From positions 5,184,001-5,248,000 of the forward strand of contig OZ244744.1 of the NCBI GenBank assembly GCA_965219455.1: a stretch of DNA of 64,000 bases. Direction: 5' to 3'. The position numbers and the translations under genes are program-made. Shown in pieces: positions 18,665-28,111 of the stretch (its first letter is position 1; each line of letters starts with the position of its first letter). This DNA comes from Candidatus Latescibacterota bacterium. Its GTDB lineage: Bacteria; Latescibacterota; UBA2968; GCA-2709665. The notes under the pieces are model-generated. The model made no database searches. It had not been told where the DNA came from and was given only the letters and a program-made list of their open reading frames with translations.

Positions 18665-19339
18665 TCAGGAGTCAAAGGGGATGGAGTCGGGGATACCGGC
18701 CGTCTTGAAAGCCTCCAGACGGAGGATGCAGCTATCGCAGCGACCGCAGGCGCGGTCGCTGCTTCTATAGCATGACCAGGTGAGGTGAAGTGGGGCGCCC
18801 AGTTCCACACCCAGTCGGACGATCTGGTGCTTTTTGAGGTGGATAACAGGAGCGAGGATTCTTATATGGGATTCGGGGCGAGTACCCGTATCAACCGCCC
18901 GGGCGAACGCGTCACAAAACGCTCGCGTACAGTCGGGATACCCTGAACTGTCTTCTTCGACAGCGCCCAGATACACACTCGTGGCGCCAAAGGATTCGGC
19001 CCAGGAAACGCCCATGCTGAGGAAAAGGGCATTTCGAAAGGGCACATATGTAACTGGGATGTCCTTCCGGTCGATGTTGGCGTCGGGAACGGGAACGTTG
19101 CGGTCCGTCAGCGCCGAGCCGCCGATTTGTTGGAGTGCGTCCGTTCGGGCAGTGAGGCGACGGCGTTTAGGTACACGGTAATAGTCGGCGATATCGCGGA
19201 ACGCACGGTGTTCCCTGGCGTTTGTGCGGTGGCCGTAGTCGAGGAAAAAAAGAGCAAGGTCGTAATTCTGTCGGGCGACAGCTGCGGTAACGCAGCTGTC
19301 CAACCCGCCACTGAGCAGGACAACGGCAATCTGTTTCAC
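18665..19339 (-). CDS. queC: 7-cyano-7-deazaguanine synthase
   Basis: LLSGGLDS, TYVPFRN, GYPDC, TWSCY...CGRCDSC. Confidence 0.97.
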   Translation of the reverse strand: MKQIAVVLLSGGLDSCVTAAVARQNYDLALFFLDYGHRTNAREHRAFRDIADYYRVPKRRRLTARTDALQQIGGSALTDRNVPVPDANIDRKDIPVTYVPFRNALFLSMGVSWAESFGATSVYLGAVEEDSSGYPDCTRAFCDAFARAVDTGTRPESHIRILAPVIHLKKHQIVRLGVELGAPLHLTWSCYRSSDRACGRCDSCILRLEAFKTAGIPDSIPFDS

Positions 19340-22300
19340 ACGCCTCTCACGGTTGCAACCGTCCGCTTCATGTATGCCGCCAGATCGTCTATTAGCGAGT
19401 ACATGGTCGGCAGGATGACCAGCGTGAGAATGGTCGAGACCATCAGCCCCGAAATAACCACAAATCCTATCGGGCCCCAGCGACGCGCGGTTCCTTCCGC
19501 CGTGCCATAGATCATTGGCAAAACCAGGGGCGTCAGGCCCAGAATAGTTGTGGTCGCGGTCATCAGGATAGGACGCAATCGGTCCTGCCCGCCTCGGATA
19601 ATGGCGTCGCGACGGTACAGGCCCTGTTTCCGATAGCGGTTGATATGGTCGACCAGGACGATGCCGTTGTTCACAACGATGCCGAAAAGTATGAGCAGAC
19701 CATAGGTTGCGTTACTGTCCATGGGGATATTGAAGGCATATAGACCGAAAGAGACCCCGATGAAGGCGAAGCAAATGGAAAACATAATTGTAAAGGGGTG
19801 TGCGTAGGACTCGAACAGGGCGGCCATGATCATATAGACCAGTAGCGCCGCGAAGATCATGGTGAGGTTGGTTTCTCCCTGTTCCTGGTTCATCCAGCGA
19901 AAGCGCCGGTCCATTTGCCACGAGTACCCTGCCGGTAGCGGCATCACGCGCATCCGTCTGCTCATTTCACGGCCAACGGAGAAGACGGCCTGCTGTTCCG
20001 TGTTGGCAAACACGGTCAGCGTGGACATCCGGTTCTCGCGTTCGAGCGCCTGAGGACCCTTACTGACGCGGAAATCCGCCAGGCTGGCGAACGAGACCAT
20101 ATTTCCCGTGTCGCTCTCAAAGTACGTGTTTCTGAGTTGCTCCAGGGTGGCTCGGTCCTCTTCCTTGAGTTGAACGGCAATGTCGATTTCCCCGTTCTCG
20201 GTCTTGAACTTGCTATTGCCCCGGGTTCCCAGCGCACTGGCAACCGTGGTGGCAACCTGCCAGGGTGTAAGCCCATACCGCCTGGCACGGCGGCGGTTGA
20301 TGGTTACCTGGATTTCTTCGTTTCCGGATTCCAGGCTGGTTTCGACTTCGTGTACCCCGCGGATGTCCTGAAGCCGCAGGCGGATGTCCTCTGCCAGCAT
20401 AGCGAGTACGTCCGGGTTTCGGCCCTTGATTTCAACGCCGGCTCCGGTGGAACTGCTACCCCAGGTTCTTCCCGACTTGAACCTCACGCCTGGGATATCC
20501 GTCGGCAACAGGCCTTTGACCTTGCGTTTGACCTCGTCGGTGGAGAGGCGGCCTTTGTCGGGAGGAACCAGATAGAGCGTGATGCGATTGCTTCTCCGGT
20601 CGCTGAACCGGCTGCTCATGGCCGCGATGTCCAGGTTGTCCTTTTGTGGCAGCAGGATGCCCTCGACCCGTCCAAAGAGCGCCAGCGCATCCTGGATGTC
20701 GTAGCTTCGCGGCAATTCGACGGAAATATCAACCCGTCGGGTGGGTTGCCACCTGTAGGGTTGCTTGTCAATCTGAGTGTAGAAATAGACTCCCGCGCCA
20801 AGCAGCGCGCACGCGGTTGCAACCGTGGTCCATCTGTAGCGAAGCGTCGTAACGACGAGACGGGAATAAAGGGCCTTGATTCCACCGGCCGCACGGGAGA
20901 AATGAAACAGGCTCACGACACCCGCGGCCACAAGCGCCAGAAACAGCCACGCCCCGGCCGGTATGCCAGCCAGACCGGCCAACAAGCCGTTTGCGCCATC
21001 CCACAGCCAGGTGGCGATTTCTGTTGCACCCTCGGCGTAGACCTTGTAAGCGGCGAAGCTCAGGAACAGAAGCAACAGCGCGACCTTCAGCCAGCGGTCC
21101 AGGTGCGAGGGGCTGTCTTTGAAAGCCCGCGACGCCGCCAGAGGGATCAGGGAAAGCGCAACGCAAAAGGACGCGCCAACGGAAATGCACACCGTGAGGG
21201 CAAAGTCCCGCATAAAAAGGGCGCTGCGAGAGTCGGCGACAAATATGATGGGCACAAAGACACAGATCGTCGTCAGCGAGGCGGCAAGAACCGGAATTCC
21301 GATCTCACGGCTTCCATCCAGAGCAGCGTCCCAGGGCGTCCGGCCCTCATCGTAGCGCTTCCTGAAGATGTTCTCCAAAGCAACAACCGCAGGGTCGACA
21401 AGCATTCCGATGGCGACCATCAGGCCCATCATCGACATCAGATTGAGCGTTATATTGGAGCCAAAGACCTGGCGGATCACGTACATCACCATAAAGACGG
21501 CGACGGCGGAAATTGGGATGGCGGATCCGATGATGAGGGTGCTGCGGAAGTTTCGTAGAAAGACAAAGATGACACATATGGCCAGCAGACCGCCCATCAC
21601 GGCGGACTGCGTGAGACTTTGAATGCCCGTGGTGACGTCAAGCGATCGGTCCCGGATGGCCTGCGCCCGGAGCTTGTCGCCTCCAATGTCTTTCTGGATG
21701 CGCTCGAATTCGGCCTTGACCCGGTCAGCAGTCGCCACCAGGTTGGCTGAGGAGGACTTGCGGATGGCAATCGTCACTGCGTCCCGCCCGTCCAGGCGTT
21801 CGAAGTCCTCTTCTTCCGGAAAGTCGTAGGTGACGTCTGCCACGTCGCCGACTTCTACGCCTGTGCCCAGCGGGAGGTGCCGGATCTGGTCGACATTTTC
21901 AAATTCTCCGATCGTGCGTGCCGCAAGGCGTTTCTCGGCTTCGTTGACGTATCCGGCGGAAATATTGACGTTATTGGCGCTGATCGCCCTGTTGAGCGTG
22001 CGGATGTCCAGATTGTGTGTATGCAACAGGTTCTGGTCGACTTCAATTAGCAGATCTCTCTCTCGCAGGCCCCGTACCTCCACGCTGCCAACGCCTTCAA
22101 GTCGCTGCACGCGTGGAAGAATGGTGTATTCGTAAACGCTTGCCAACTCGTTTGGATCTTGACCCTGCCAACTCAGCGCGTAGGTCAGCACCGGGAAATC
22201 TTCGGTGTTCCACCTGCGTATCGTGACGCGTTCGACGTCGTCGGGAAGGTCGTTTCGAACCTGATCGAGACGATCCCGCACGTGGACCGCCATGAGGTCC

Positions 22301-22602
22301 ATGTCGGTATTGAGTTCGAACTCCAACCGCACGTAGCCCCGATTGGCGTAAGACCGTGAGCTCAGTGTCTTCACATGGGAGAGTGTACCCATCACCTCTT
22401 CCAGGGGCCTGACAATCTCTCTCTCGATTTCCTCGGGCGAAGAAGAAGGGTAGTCGACATTGACGTACATAACGGGGAACGTAATGTCCGGCAGGTACTC
22501 GAGGGGCAGGCGAAAGAGGGAAATAATGCCGAGGACCACGACGCTGATGGTAACCATCACCGTGGTGATGGGCTTATGTATGGCGTATTCGGAGATTTTC
22601 AT
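19336..22602 (-). CDS. RND efflux transporter permease (AcrB/AcrD/AcrF family)
   Basis: 1088 aa; YPSSSPEEIE, AIPIS, AIGMLVD, GIVVNNGIVLVD, RLRPILMT; GTGA overlap with queC. Confidence 0.93.
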   Translation of the reverse strand: MKISEYAIHKPITTVMVTISVVVLGIISLFRLPLEYLPDITFPVMYVNVDYPSSSPEEIEREIVRPLEEVMGTLSHVKTLSSRSYANRGYVRLEFELNTDMDLMAVHVRDRLDQVRNDLPDDVERVTIRRWNTEDFPVLTYALSWQGQDPNELASVYEYTILPRVQRLEGVGSVEVRGLRERDLLIEVDQNLLHTHNLDIRTLNRAISANNVNISAGYVNEAEKRLAARTIGEFENVDQIRHLPLGTGVEVGDVADVTYDFPEEEDFERLDGRDAVTIAIRKSSSANLVATADRVKAEFERIQKDIGGDKLRAQAIRDRSLDVTTGIQSLTQSAVMGGLLAICVIFVFLRNFRSTLIIGSAIPISAVAVFMVMYVIRQVFGSNITLNLMSMMGLMVAIGMLVDPAVVALENIFRKRYDEGRTPWDAALDGSREIGIPVLAASLTTICVFVPIIFVADSRSALFMRDFALTVCISVGASFCVALSLIPLAASRAFKDSPSHLDRWLKVALLLLFLSFAAYKVYAEGATEIATWLWDGANGLLAGLAGIPAGAWLFLALVAAGVVSLFHFSRAAGGIKALYSRLVVTTLRYRWTTVATACALLGAGVYFYTQIDKQPYRWQPTRRVDISVELPRSYDIQDALALFGRVEGILLPQKDNLDIAAMSSRFSDRRSNRITLYLVPPDKGRLSTDEVKRKVKGLLPTDIPGVRFKSGRTWGSSSTGAGVEIKGRNPDVLAMLAEDIRLRLQDIRGVHEVETSLESGNEEIQVTINRRRARRYGLTPWQVATTVASALGTRGNSKFKTENGEIDIAVQLKEEDRATLEQLRNTYFESDTGNMVSFASLADFRVSKGPQALERENRMSTLTVFANTEQQAVFSVGREMSRRMRVMPLPAGYSWQMDRRFRWMNQEQGETNLTMIFAALLVYMIMAALFESYAHPFTIMFSICFAFIGVSFGLYAFNIPMDSNATYGLLILFGIVVNNGIVLVDHINRYRKQGLYRRDAIIRGGQDRLRPILMTATTTILGLTPLVLPMIYGTAEGTARRWGPIGFVVISGLMVSTILTLVILPTMYSLIDDLAAYMKRTVATVRGV

Positions 22603-22764
22603 AGAGTAACGATTTCCTTCTACACGAACACCCGTGCTGGAGTCCGCACGTGGCGTGAATCAGAAATCCGTTGCCGAATACTTCTGTGGCCGGACATCCC
22701 CGTTGAGGCCGTTCCGTACCGACAAATTTCGGGCTCTGATCCCGCGGCTTCCGTTATCCGGGCC

Positions 22765-24615
22765 CTAATTATCGTCTTCCCGTTCGCTCAACATATCGCC
22801 GCGCTGGAGCCGTTCCGCGTTTTCGGTCGACCAGAGAATGGCTTTCATGACCTTCTGGGCGGTGATGTAGCGGGTGGCCGCAAGCAGGTGCATGCGTTTT
22901 TCTTCCGGGTCGTCCGTAAGGTCGAAGTGACGAAAGGCCGCTTCCAGGACCTGGAACATATGGAGCTCGGCATCTTCCCGCAGCATAATGTGGGCAAGGG
23001 CGTGTTTAAGGAGGGTAATGTCGCGTCCCTCCTCCAGGTACTGGTTCACGAGTATTTCGGCTTCGTAGACTTTCTGAAAGTCCGCGAATTCCTGTAGCCT
23101 GGCGAGCATCTGGGCCTCGGAGTCAAACGTGCCGTTCAGACGCTGACCGGGTTTCGGTACGCGGGCCGCCGGCATGTTGAGCCAGCGCAAATAGGTGAGA
23201 AATACGGCGCCATGGAAGATGCCGCGAAGCAGATCCCTGGACGGGGCGCGTTGAAAAGCGCAATATAGGGCATGGGAGTAGGAATAAATATTGGCCACGT
23301 CGTGCCAGTCGCCTTCGTTTTTCAGATGAAAGCGAGCAGTGCGTATGGCACTGGCGTAGACCATGGATCTGCATATTTGCGCGGGGTCGACCCCCTGCCG
23401 AAGAAGTGTTTCAATTTCCGAGACAATGGGCGCGACCTCTTCACCCAGAAGAACCTGGGTAAAAGCCGAAGTGTCGACGATCGCTTCGTTTTCCCGGTTT
23501 TCCTGCCAGATGTCGTCCAGCCGCGTGAAAATGTCTTCCAGGATCGGCACGCTGTCCTGCCAGCGGGCCGTCTCCTCGTGGCGCGTGCGGGTGATGAGGT
23601 CGATGACGATGGGGCGCAGGATTTCGCTTGCCCCTTGCCAATCGACATAGTCGAGGGCTTCGAAAAGCTTGTTGGCAAAGTCCAGCGCGTGGCCGTCCCC
23701 CGTGAAATAGTAGTCGGTCGCACCGGTGAAGACCGCGTCGGCGATGGCCGACTTGGGAAAGCCGCGGTCGTTCAGAGTGATCAGTATTCGCTGGGCCGCG
23801 TTGCTGTTCCGTTGTTCCACCAGACGCCTGAACCAGCGTTTGTAGGTTGCCAGATCCGGTTCGTCTGTTGCTTTGGGCAATGGAAAGCCCTGTCGGCGGG
23901 ACCCTCCGGTGGAGCGCCGGGAGATTTGCACGAGGCCATGAACGAGGAATAGATTGTGGTCACGGTCGGCGATGTCGTGCCAGAGGTTCGCGCACAGCGT
24001 CAGGATGGCGAGACCTGAGGAGTAGCCTTCGGTGGTTTTGTACGACCCGTAGAACAGGCCCTGCTGGATGATTTCCTGCGGCGACGCGCCCGCGTGGCGC
24101 AGGGCGGTCACGCCCTTGGCAATAATGAGTGAACTTCGATCCTTCAATCCCTGTTCGAGGATATACCTGCCACGGTCAATCATTCTCTGGCGGGCGGCTT
24201 GCCGTTCATCGGCGGCCATGCCGATGTAGAGGAAACCGTTTTCTCTCACTTCCACGGGAAAGCTCTTCAGATCGTTTCCCGAACCCGACGTTTCGAAACA
24301 GCCTCCGGTCTTGAGATCGAATTCCCAGTGATGCCAGTGGCAGATCAGCACGCCGTCTCGGACGCTGCCTTTGGACATTGGATAACCCATATGAGGACAG
24401 CGGTTGTCCACGGCCTGAAACTCGCCGTTGTAAAGGAAAACGGCGATGTGGGAGCCATTGACGGTAAAGGGTTTGCCTTCGCCCTCCTTGAATTCGTCGA
24501 CCCGGCAGAGCCGGTGGTAGACGAGGCTATCCAGATCGATATCGTCCATGGGCGCCTGCGGGATCAATTCCCCGTCGAGCGAGGCCGACGCCGAGCCGTG
24601 TGCGGTGGTATTCAT
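22765..24615 (-). CDS. Rieske [2Fe-2S] domain protein with a large helical C-terminal region of unknown function
   Basis: NRCPHMGYP...CHWHHWEFD Rieske motif followed by about 480 aa of predicted helical sequence. Confidence 0.85.
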   Translation of the reverse strand: MNTTAHGSASASLDGELIPQAPMDDIDLDSLVYHRLCRVDEFKEGEGKPFTVNGSHIAVFLYNGEFQAVDNRCPHMGYPMSKGSVRDGVLICHWHHWEFDLKTGGCFETSGSGNDLKSFPVEVRENGFLYIGMAADERQAARQRMIDRGRYILEQGLKDRSSLIIAKGVTALRHAGASPQEIIQQGLFYGSYKTTEGYSSGLAILTLCANLWHDIADRDHNLFLVHGLVQISRRSTGGSRRQGFPLPKATDEPDLATYKRWFRRLVEQRNSNAAQRILITLNDRGFPKSAIADAVFTGATDYYFTGDGHALDFANKLFEALDYVDWQGASEILRPIVIDLITRTRHEETARWQDSVPILEDIFTRLDDIWQENRENEAIVDTSAFTQVLLGEEVAPIVSEIETLLRQGVDPAQICRSMVYASAIRTARFHLKNEGDWHDVANIYSYSHALYCAFQRAPSRDLLRGIFHGAVFLTYLRWLNMPAARVPKPGQRLNGTFDSEAQMLARLQEFADFQKVYEAEILVNQYLEEGRDITLLKHALAHIMLREDAELHMFQVLEAAFRHFDLTDDPEEKRMHLLAATRYITAQKVMKAILWSTENAERLQRGDMLSEREDDN

Positions 24616-24663
24616 CGGAACATCTCCTGTGGTTCAAAATGACGGTTACGGGTATCCGTGGAA

Positions 24664-24692
24664 AATATACGACTGTATGTCAAGTATGGCAA
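24664..24692 (-). promoter_or_regulatory. promoter for the Rieske gene
   Basis: Minus strand TTGCCA (24692-24687), 17 bp spacer, TATATT (24669-24664). Confidence 0.6.
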
Positions 24693-24784
24693 TGGGTAAT
24701 CGGCGATCAGAAAGTCCCTGGCGAACCCGTCCGTGAATGCCTGGAACGCGGGCGGCCCCGGACCTTCCGGCCGGACAGCTGCGA

Positions 24785-25291
24785 TCAGATCAACGTCTCG
24801 ACCAGGGCGCGGCTGACGGGATCCAACTCTCTGTAGTCGGGAATCTCATAGCGATTTCCATCGGCATCCCTGAGCAGAATCCGGCCTCCCTGCATGATGC
24901 GAATGTCGCGTCTGCGGCTGCGGACCTCGAATACGCGATGGCCGCTATCGGTCTCCACGTCCCATTTCGGGATGTGAAAGTTTTCTTCGAGCTTGTTTAC
25001 CTGAAGTATGACCGGCGCGAAATAAGTGCGCTCCAGGTCGGACTCGAGGATGTTGCGGCTTTCGTCATCCAGGCTTGCAATGTCCCGGATAGCGCCAATC
25101 TCCGTGCCGTCGACACCCTTGAGGACGATGAATTGACCGGTAGCCGTGAGCGGAAAGGCGCGATGCGCCGTAACCGGTTGGCGCTCATCCCGGTATTCCA
25201 GGATCAAATCCGTGAATTCATCCCGACGGAGGCGGGTCCGGTCAGGATCCAACAGCGTCAGTTCCTGCTCGAGATGATACTCTTGTTGCAT
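24785..25291 (-). CDS. DUF1854-like protein (copy 1)
   Basis: RAFPLT...EIG.I..L...SR.IL...L...YFAPVI...WDVETDSG.R.F...DIR...LLRDADGNRYEIPD...LD..SR pattern, directly downstream of an ABC exporter. Confidence 0.85.
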   Translation of the reverse strand: MQQEYHLEQELTLLDPDRTRLRRDEFTDLILEYRDERQPVTAHRAFPLTATGQFIVLKGVDGTEIGAIRDIASLDDESRNILESDLERTYFAPVILQVNKLEENFHIPKWDVETDSGHRVFEVRSRRRDIRIMQGGRILLRDADGNRYEIPDYRELDPVSRALVETLI

Positions 25292-25332
25292 AGCAGAACC
25301 GGGATTCCGGGATGCGCCCCGTAGACATGCGG

Positions 25333-27702
25333 CTACCAGGCGCGCAATTGCGACATTTCGGATTGCATGCGGCAGAGACGGGCATAGATCCCGTCGCGTT
25401 TGATAAGGTCGTCGTGCGTGCCCATCTCGGCCAATTCGCCTTTGTCAAGGATCAGCAGGCGGTTGGCATTTTTGAGCGTCGACAGACGATGGGCAATTGC
25501 AAAGGTAGTTCGGCCCGTAATCAGGCGTGCGATGGCGTCCTGGATCTGAGCTTCGGTTTCCGTGTCCACGCTGGCCGTTGCTTCGTCCAGGATCAGAATG
25601 CGGGGGTTCCTCAGGATAGCCCGCGCGATGGAAAGTCGCTGGCGTTCGCCGCCGGAGACACGCAGGCCTCGTTCGCCCGCGGGCGTGTCGTAACCTTCGG
25701 GAAAATCCAATATGAAATCGTGTGCATTTGCCGCTTTCGCGGCCGCGACGATCTCGTCCAGCGTTGCGTCCGGTTTGCCGTAGGCGATGTTTTCCGCAAC
25801 GGAACCGTTGAACAGAAACGGATCCTGCAGGACCACGCCGATCTGCTCCCTTAGGGACTTTAGAGAGACTTCCGTGATGTCCCGGCCGTCGACAAGGATT
25901 GAGCCTTTCTGGATATCGTAGAAACGGCAGATCAGGTTGATGAGTGTGCTCTTCCCTGCGCCGCTATGACCGGCGAGGCCGATCATTTCCCCCGGTTCCA
26001 CTCTGAAATTCAGATCATTGAGGATGGGTGTGCCGGGCTCGTAAGAGAAGGTGACCCCGGAGAATTCTACGGAACCTGAAATTCGCGGCAGGGAATTGGC
26101 ACCGGGCCGGTCCGCGACGTCGGACTGTGTATCGAGGACCTCGAAAATACGCTCGGCCGACGTGGCCGCACGCTGGAAACGGTGGTTGAGACGGCACAGG
26201 CTTTCCACGGGACCGTAGAATTGCCACATGTATCCCGTGAACGCCACGAATTCACCGATTGACATCCCGTCGTTCAGAACTTTGTTGCCGCCCATCCACC
26301 AGATGATGAGGGTGCCTAGAGAGGTGAGGAAGGTCATAATGGGTGTAAACGTGCTTCGAACTCTCGCCACACGGATTTCGCCCGAGAGCAGGCCCCAACT
26401 CCTGTTCTCGAACTTGCTTACCTCTCGCTTTTCCTGGGCAAAGGCCTTAACGACGCGCACCCCGGGGATCGTATCTGCCAGCAGAGCGTGGATATCCGCC
26501 CACCGGCGCCAGAGACTATGATATAGGTCATGCAGCCTTCGTCCGAAGTAACGCGTCACCAGGATCAGCAGGGGGGTGGGCACCAGGACGAAAGCCGCCA
26601 GAGCGGGGTTCAGCGAAAAGAGAATGATACAGATGATTATGATGGTGGCGATGTCCCGGATGATTTCCTGGAGGCCGTCCGAGATGAAGTCCTGGAGGCG
26701 GTTGACGTCCTGGGTGATGTTCGACATGATGCGCCCGGTTTCCCGTTCGTTGTAGAAACTGAGCGAGAGATAGTGGAGATGTCGATAGACCTGTTTGCGA
26801 AGATCGAACGTGATTCGTTGGCCGAGTTGCGCGAGCAGATACGTGCGCACGGCGCTGAGCCCGTTGCGCGATATGTTGACCAGCAAAAGGAGCAACACCA
26901 GCACGGCGAGCATCGTGCGTTTATCGAGACCCCTGGTCGGCGCCGGACCCGGCGTCTGGCTCCTTGGAACGGAAGAACGCGGCTCGGCGGGAATTAAGGA
27001 CACCCCCGTTGTCGAGCCGCTCGTGTTGGCCACCAGGACGTCATCGATGAGGGAGCGCATCAGCAGAGGCGGCGTCAGGCCGATAAACGTGGCGGTCAAA
27101 AGAAGGATGAGGCTGACGACCCCTATTTGCCAATAGGGCTTCGCGTAACCCAGGAGGCGGAAGAACAGTTTGCGGGAATCAAGGCACATCGGACAGACAC
27201 CCATCCAGTGTGGGATCACCTGCTGGCACCGTTCACATCGCCGCTTTCGGGCGCCAAATCCGTCTACACTCGATTTTGCGATTCGCGTATCGGCCGGTAC
27301 GGGTTTGCAGTGTCTGACGAGGCGTTCAATTTGAGGGGGAACTTTCGAGAACTTGGGAAGCAGCGTCTTGGTGAAAAAGGCCAGCGAAGAACCGTTTTGC
27401 GAGGTCCGTATTTTGAGCACACCGCTGCCGAACAGTTCAAGCACCTCCACGCGGGTAATCTCCGCGAGGCGAATACTGAGGATCTCAGGAAGCCCGTTTT
27501 CAGTCGGGCTGATACCGATCAGTTGCCGACCGGTCCCCACCAGCCACGCCGGCCCATAAACACCATCGAACCGGAGATCGGTTGAGACGGACAGAAGAAT
27601 CTCCTCGTCGGGCTCAAGAACATTATGGGTGGCGGCGAGAATGTCTTCGGGGATTTCCTCGCGGATTGGAGTTTCAGAGACGAGGTGATTTGGGTTGTCC
27701 AC
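25333..27702 (-). CDS. ABC exporter (TMD+NBD) with N-terminal soluble domain and zinc ribbon (paralog 1)
   Basis: CERC...CPMC before the TMD; GHSGAGKS, VSGGERQR, ILDEAT, IAHRLST; GTG start. Confidence 0.93.
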   Translation of the reverse strand: MDNPNHLVSETPIREEIPEDILAATHNVLEPDEEILLSVSTDLRFDGVYGPAWLVGTGRQLIGISPTENGLPEILSIRLAEITRVEVLELFGSGVLKIRTSQNGSSLAFFTKTLLPKFSKVPPQIERLVRHCKPVPADTRIAKSSVDGFGARKRRCERCQQVIPHWMGVCPMCLDSRKLFFRLLGYAKPYWQIGVVSLILLLTATFIGLTPPLLMRSLIDDVLVANTSGSTTGVSLIPAEPRSSVPRSQTPGPAPTRGLDKRTMLAVLVLLLLLVNISRNGLSAVRTYLLAQLGQRITFDLRKQVYRHLHYLSLSFYNERETGRIMSNITQDVNRLQDFISDGLQEIIRDIATIIIICIILFSLNPALAAFVLVPTPLLILVTRYFGRRLHDLYHSLWRRWADIHALLADTIPGVRVVKAFAQEKREVSKFENRSWGLLSGEIRVARVRSTFTPIMTFLTSLGTLIIWWMGGNKVLNDGMSIGEFVAFTGYMWQFYGPVESLCRLNHRFQRAATSAERIFEVLDTQSDVADRPGANSLPRISGSVEFSGVTFSYEPGTPILNDLNFRVEPGEMIGLAGHSGAGKSTLINLICRFYDIQKGSILVDGRDITEVSLKSLREQIGVVLQDPFLFNGSVAENIAYGKPDATLDEIVAAAKAANAHDFILDFPEGYDTPAGERGLRVSGGERQRLSIARAILRNPRILILDEATASVDTETEAQIQDAIARLITGRTTFAIAHRLSTLKNANRLLILDKGELAEMGTHDDLIKRDGIYARLCRMQSEMSQLRAW

Positions 27703-27772
27703 GCGACGTCCTGTTCACACGGAATAGGTGCTTTGGCAAGCGTTGATGCAACATGCAAGTGATTGCTTACTT

Positions 27773-27801
27773 AACATAATCGGGCAACGCGCCCAAGTCA
27801 A
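27773..27801 (-). promoter_or_regulatory. promoter for ABC/DUF1854 locus 1
   Basis: Minus strand TTGACT (27801-27796), 17 bp spacer, TATGTT (27778-27773). Confidence 0.6.
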
Positions 27802-28111
27802 GGCCTATATACCTGAGAAGCGTCCGCGTTCCAATATGTACATGACCGGTGTAAGGGGATTGAATTGGCGCCAATGCGGCGGCTGTTCGCCGGCGCCTCC
27901 GCCATGTTCTCGCGCGGCCTGCCATCCCTCAGACAGGCAGCGCGCCGGGCGGGCACCGGTCTCACGGAGAATCCGTCGGTCCGATCACGCGTCGCACGGA
28001 TTCGCTGCTTCGCAGCAGGAATGCGGCAAACTCGCCCGGGAACTCGCCGGGAAAACTGGAAGCTTGCCGCATTCCTTCAAAATACCTATAATGGATAACG
28101 AAATGGGGGAA

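Noticed and set aside
18665-19339. queC as part of a 7-deazaguanine DNA-modification or QatC-type defence system
   Set aside because: Canonical length and motifs, with no dpd or qat genes nearby.
20137-21558. 473-aa plus-strand ORF
   Set aside because: Antisense shadow of the RND gene.
27728-28111. 128-aa N-terminal extension of the glycosylase ORF
   Set aside because: Spans the divergent promoter region and lacks family similarity.
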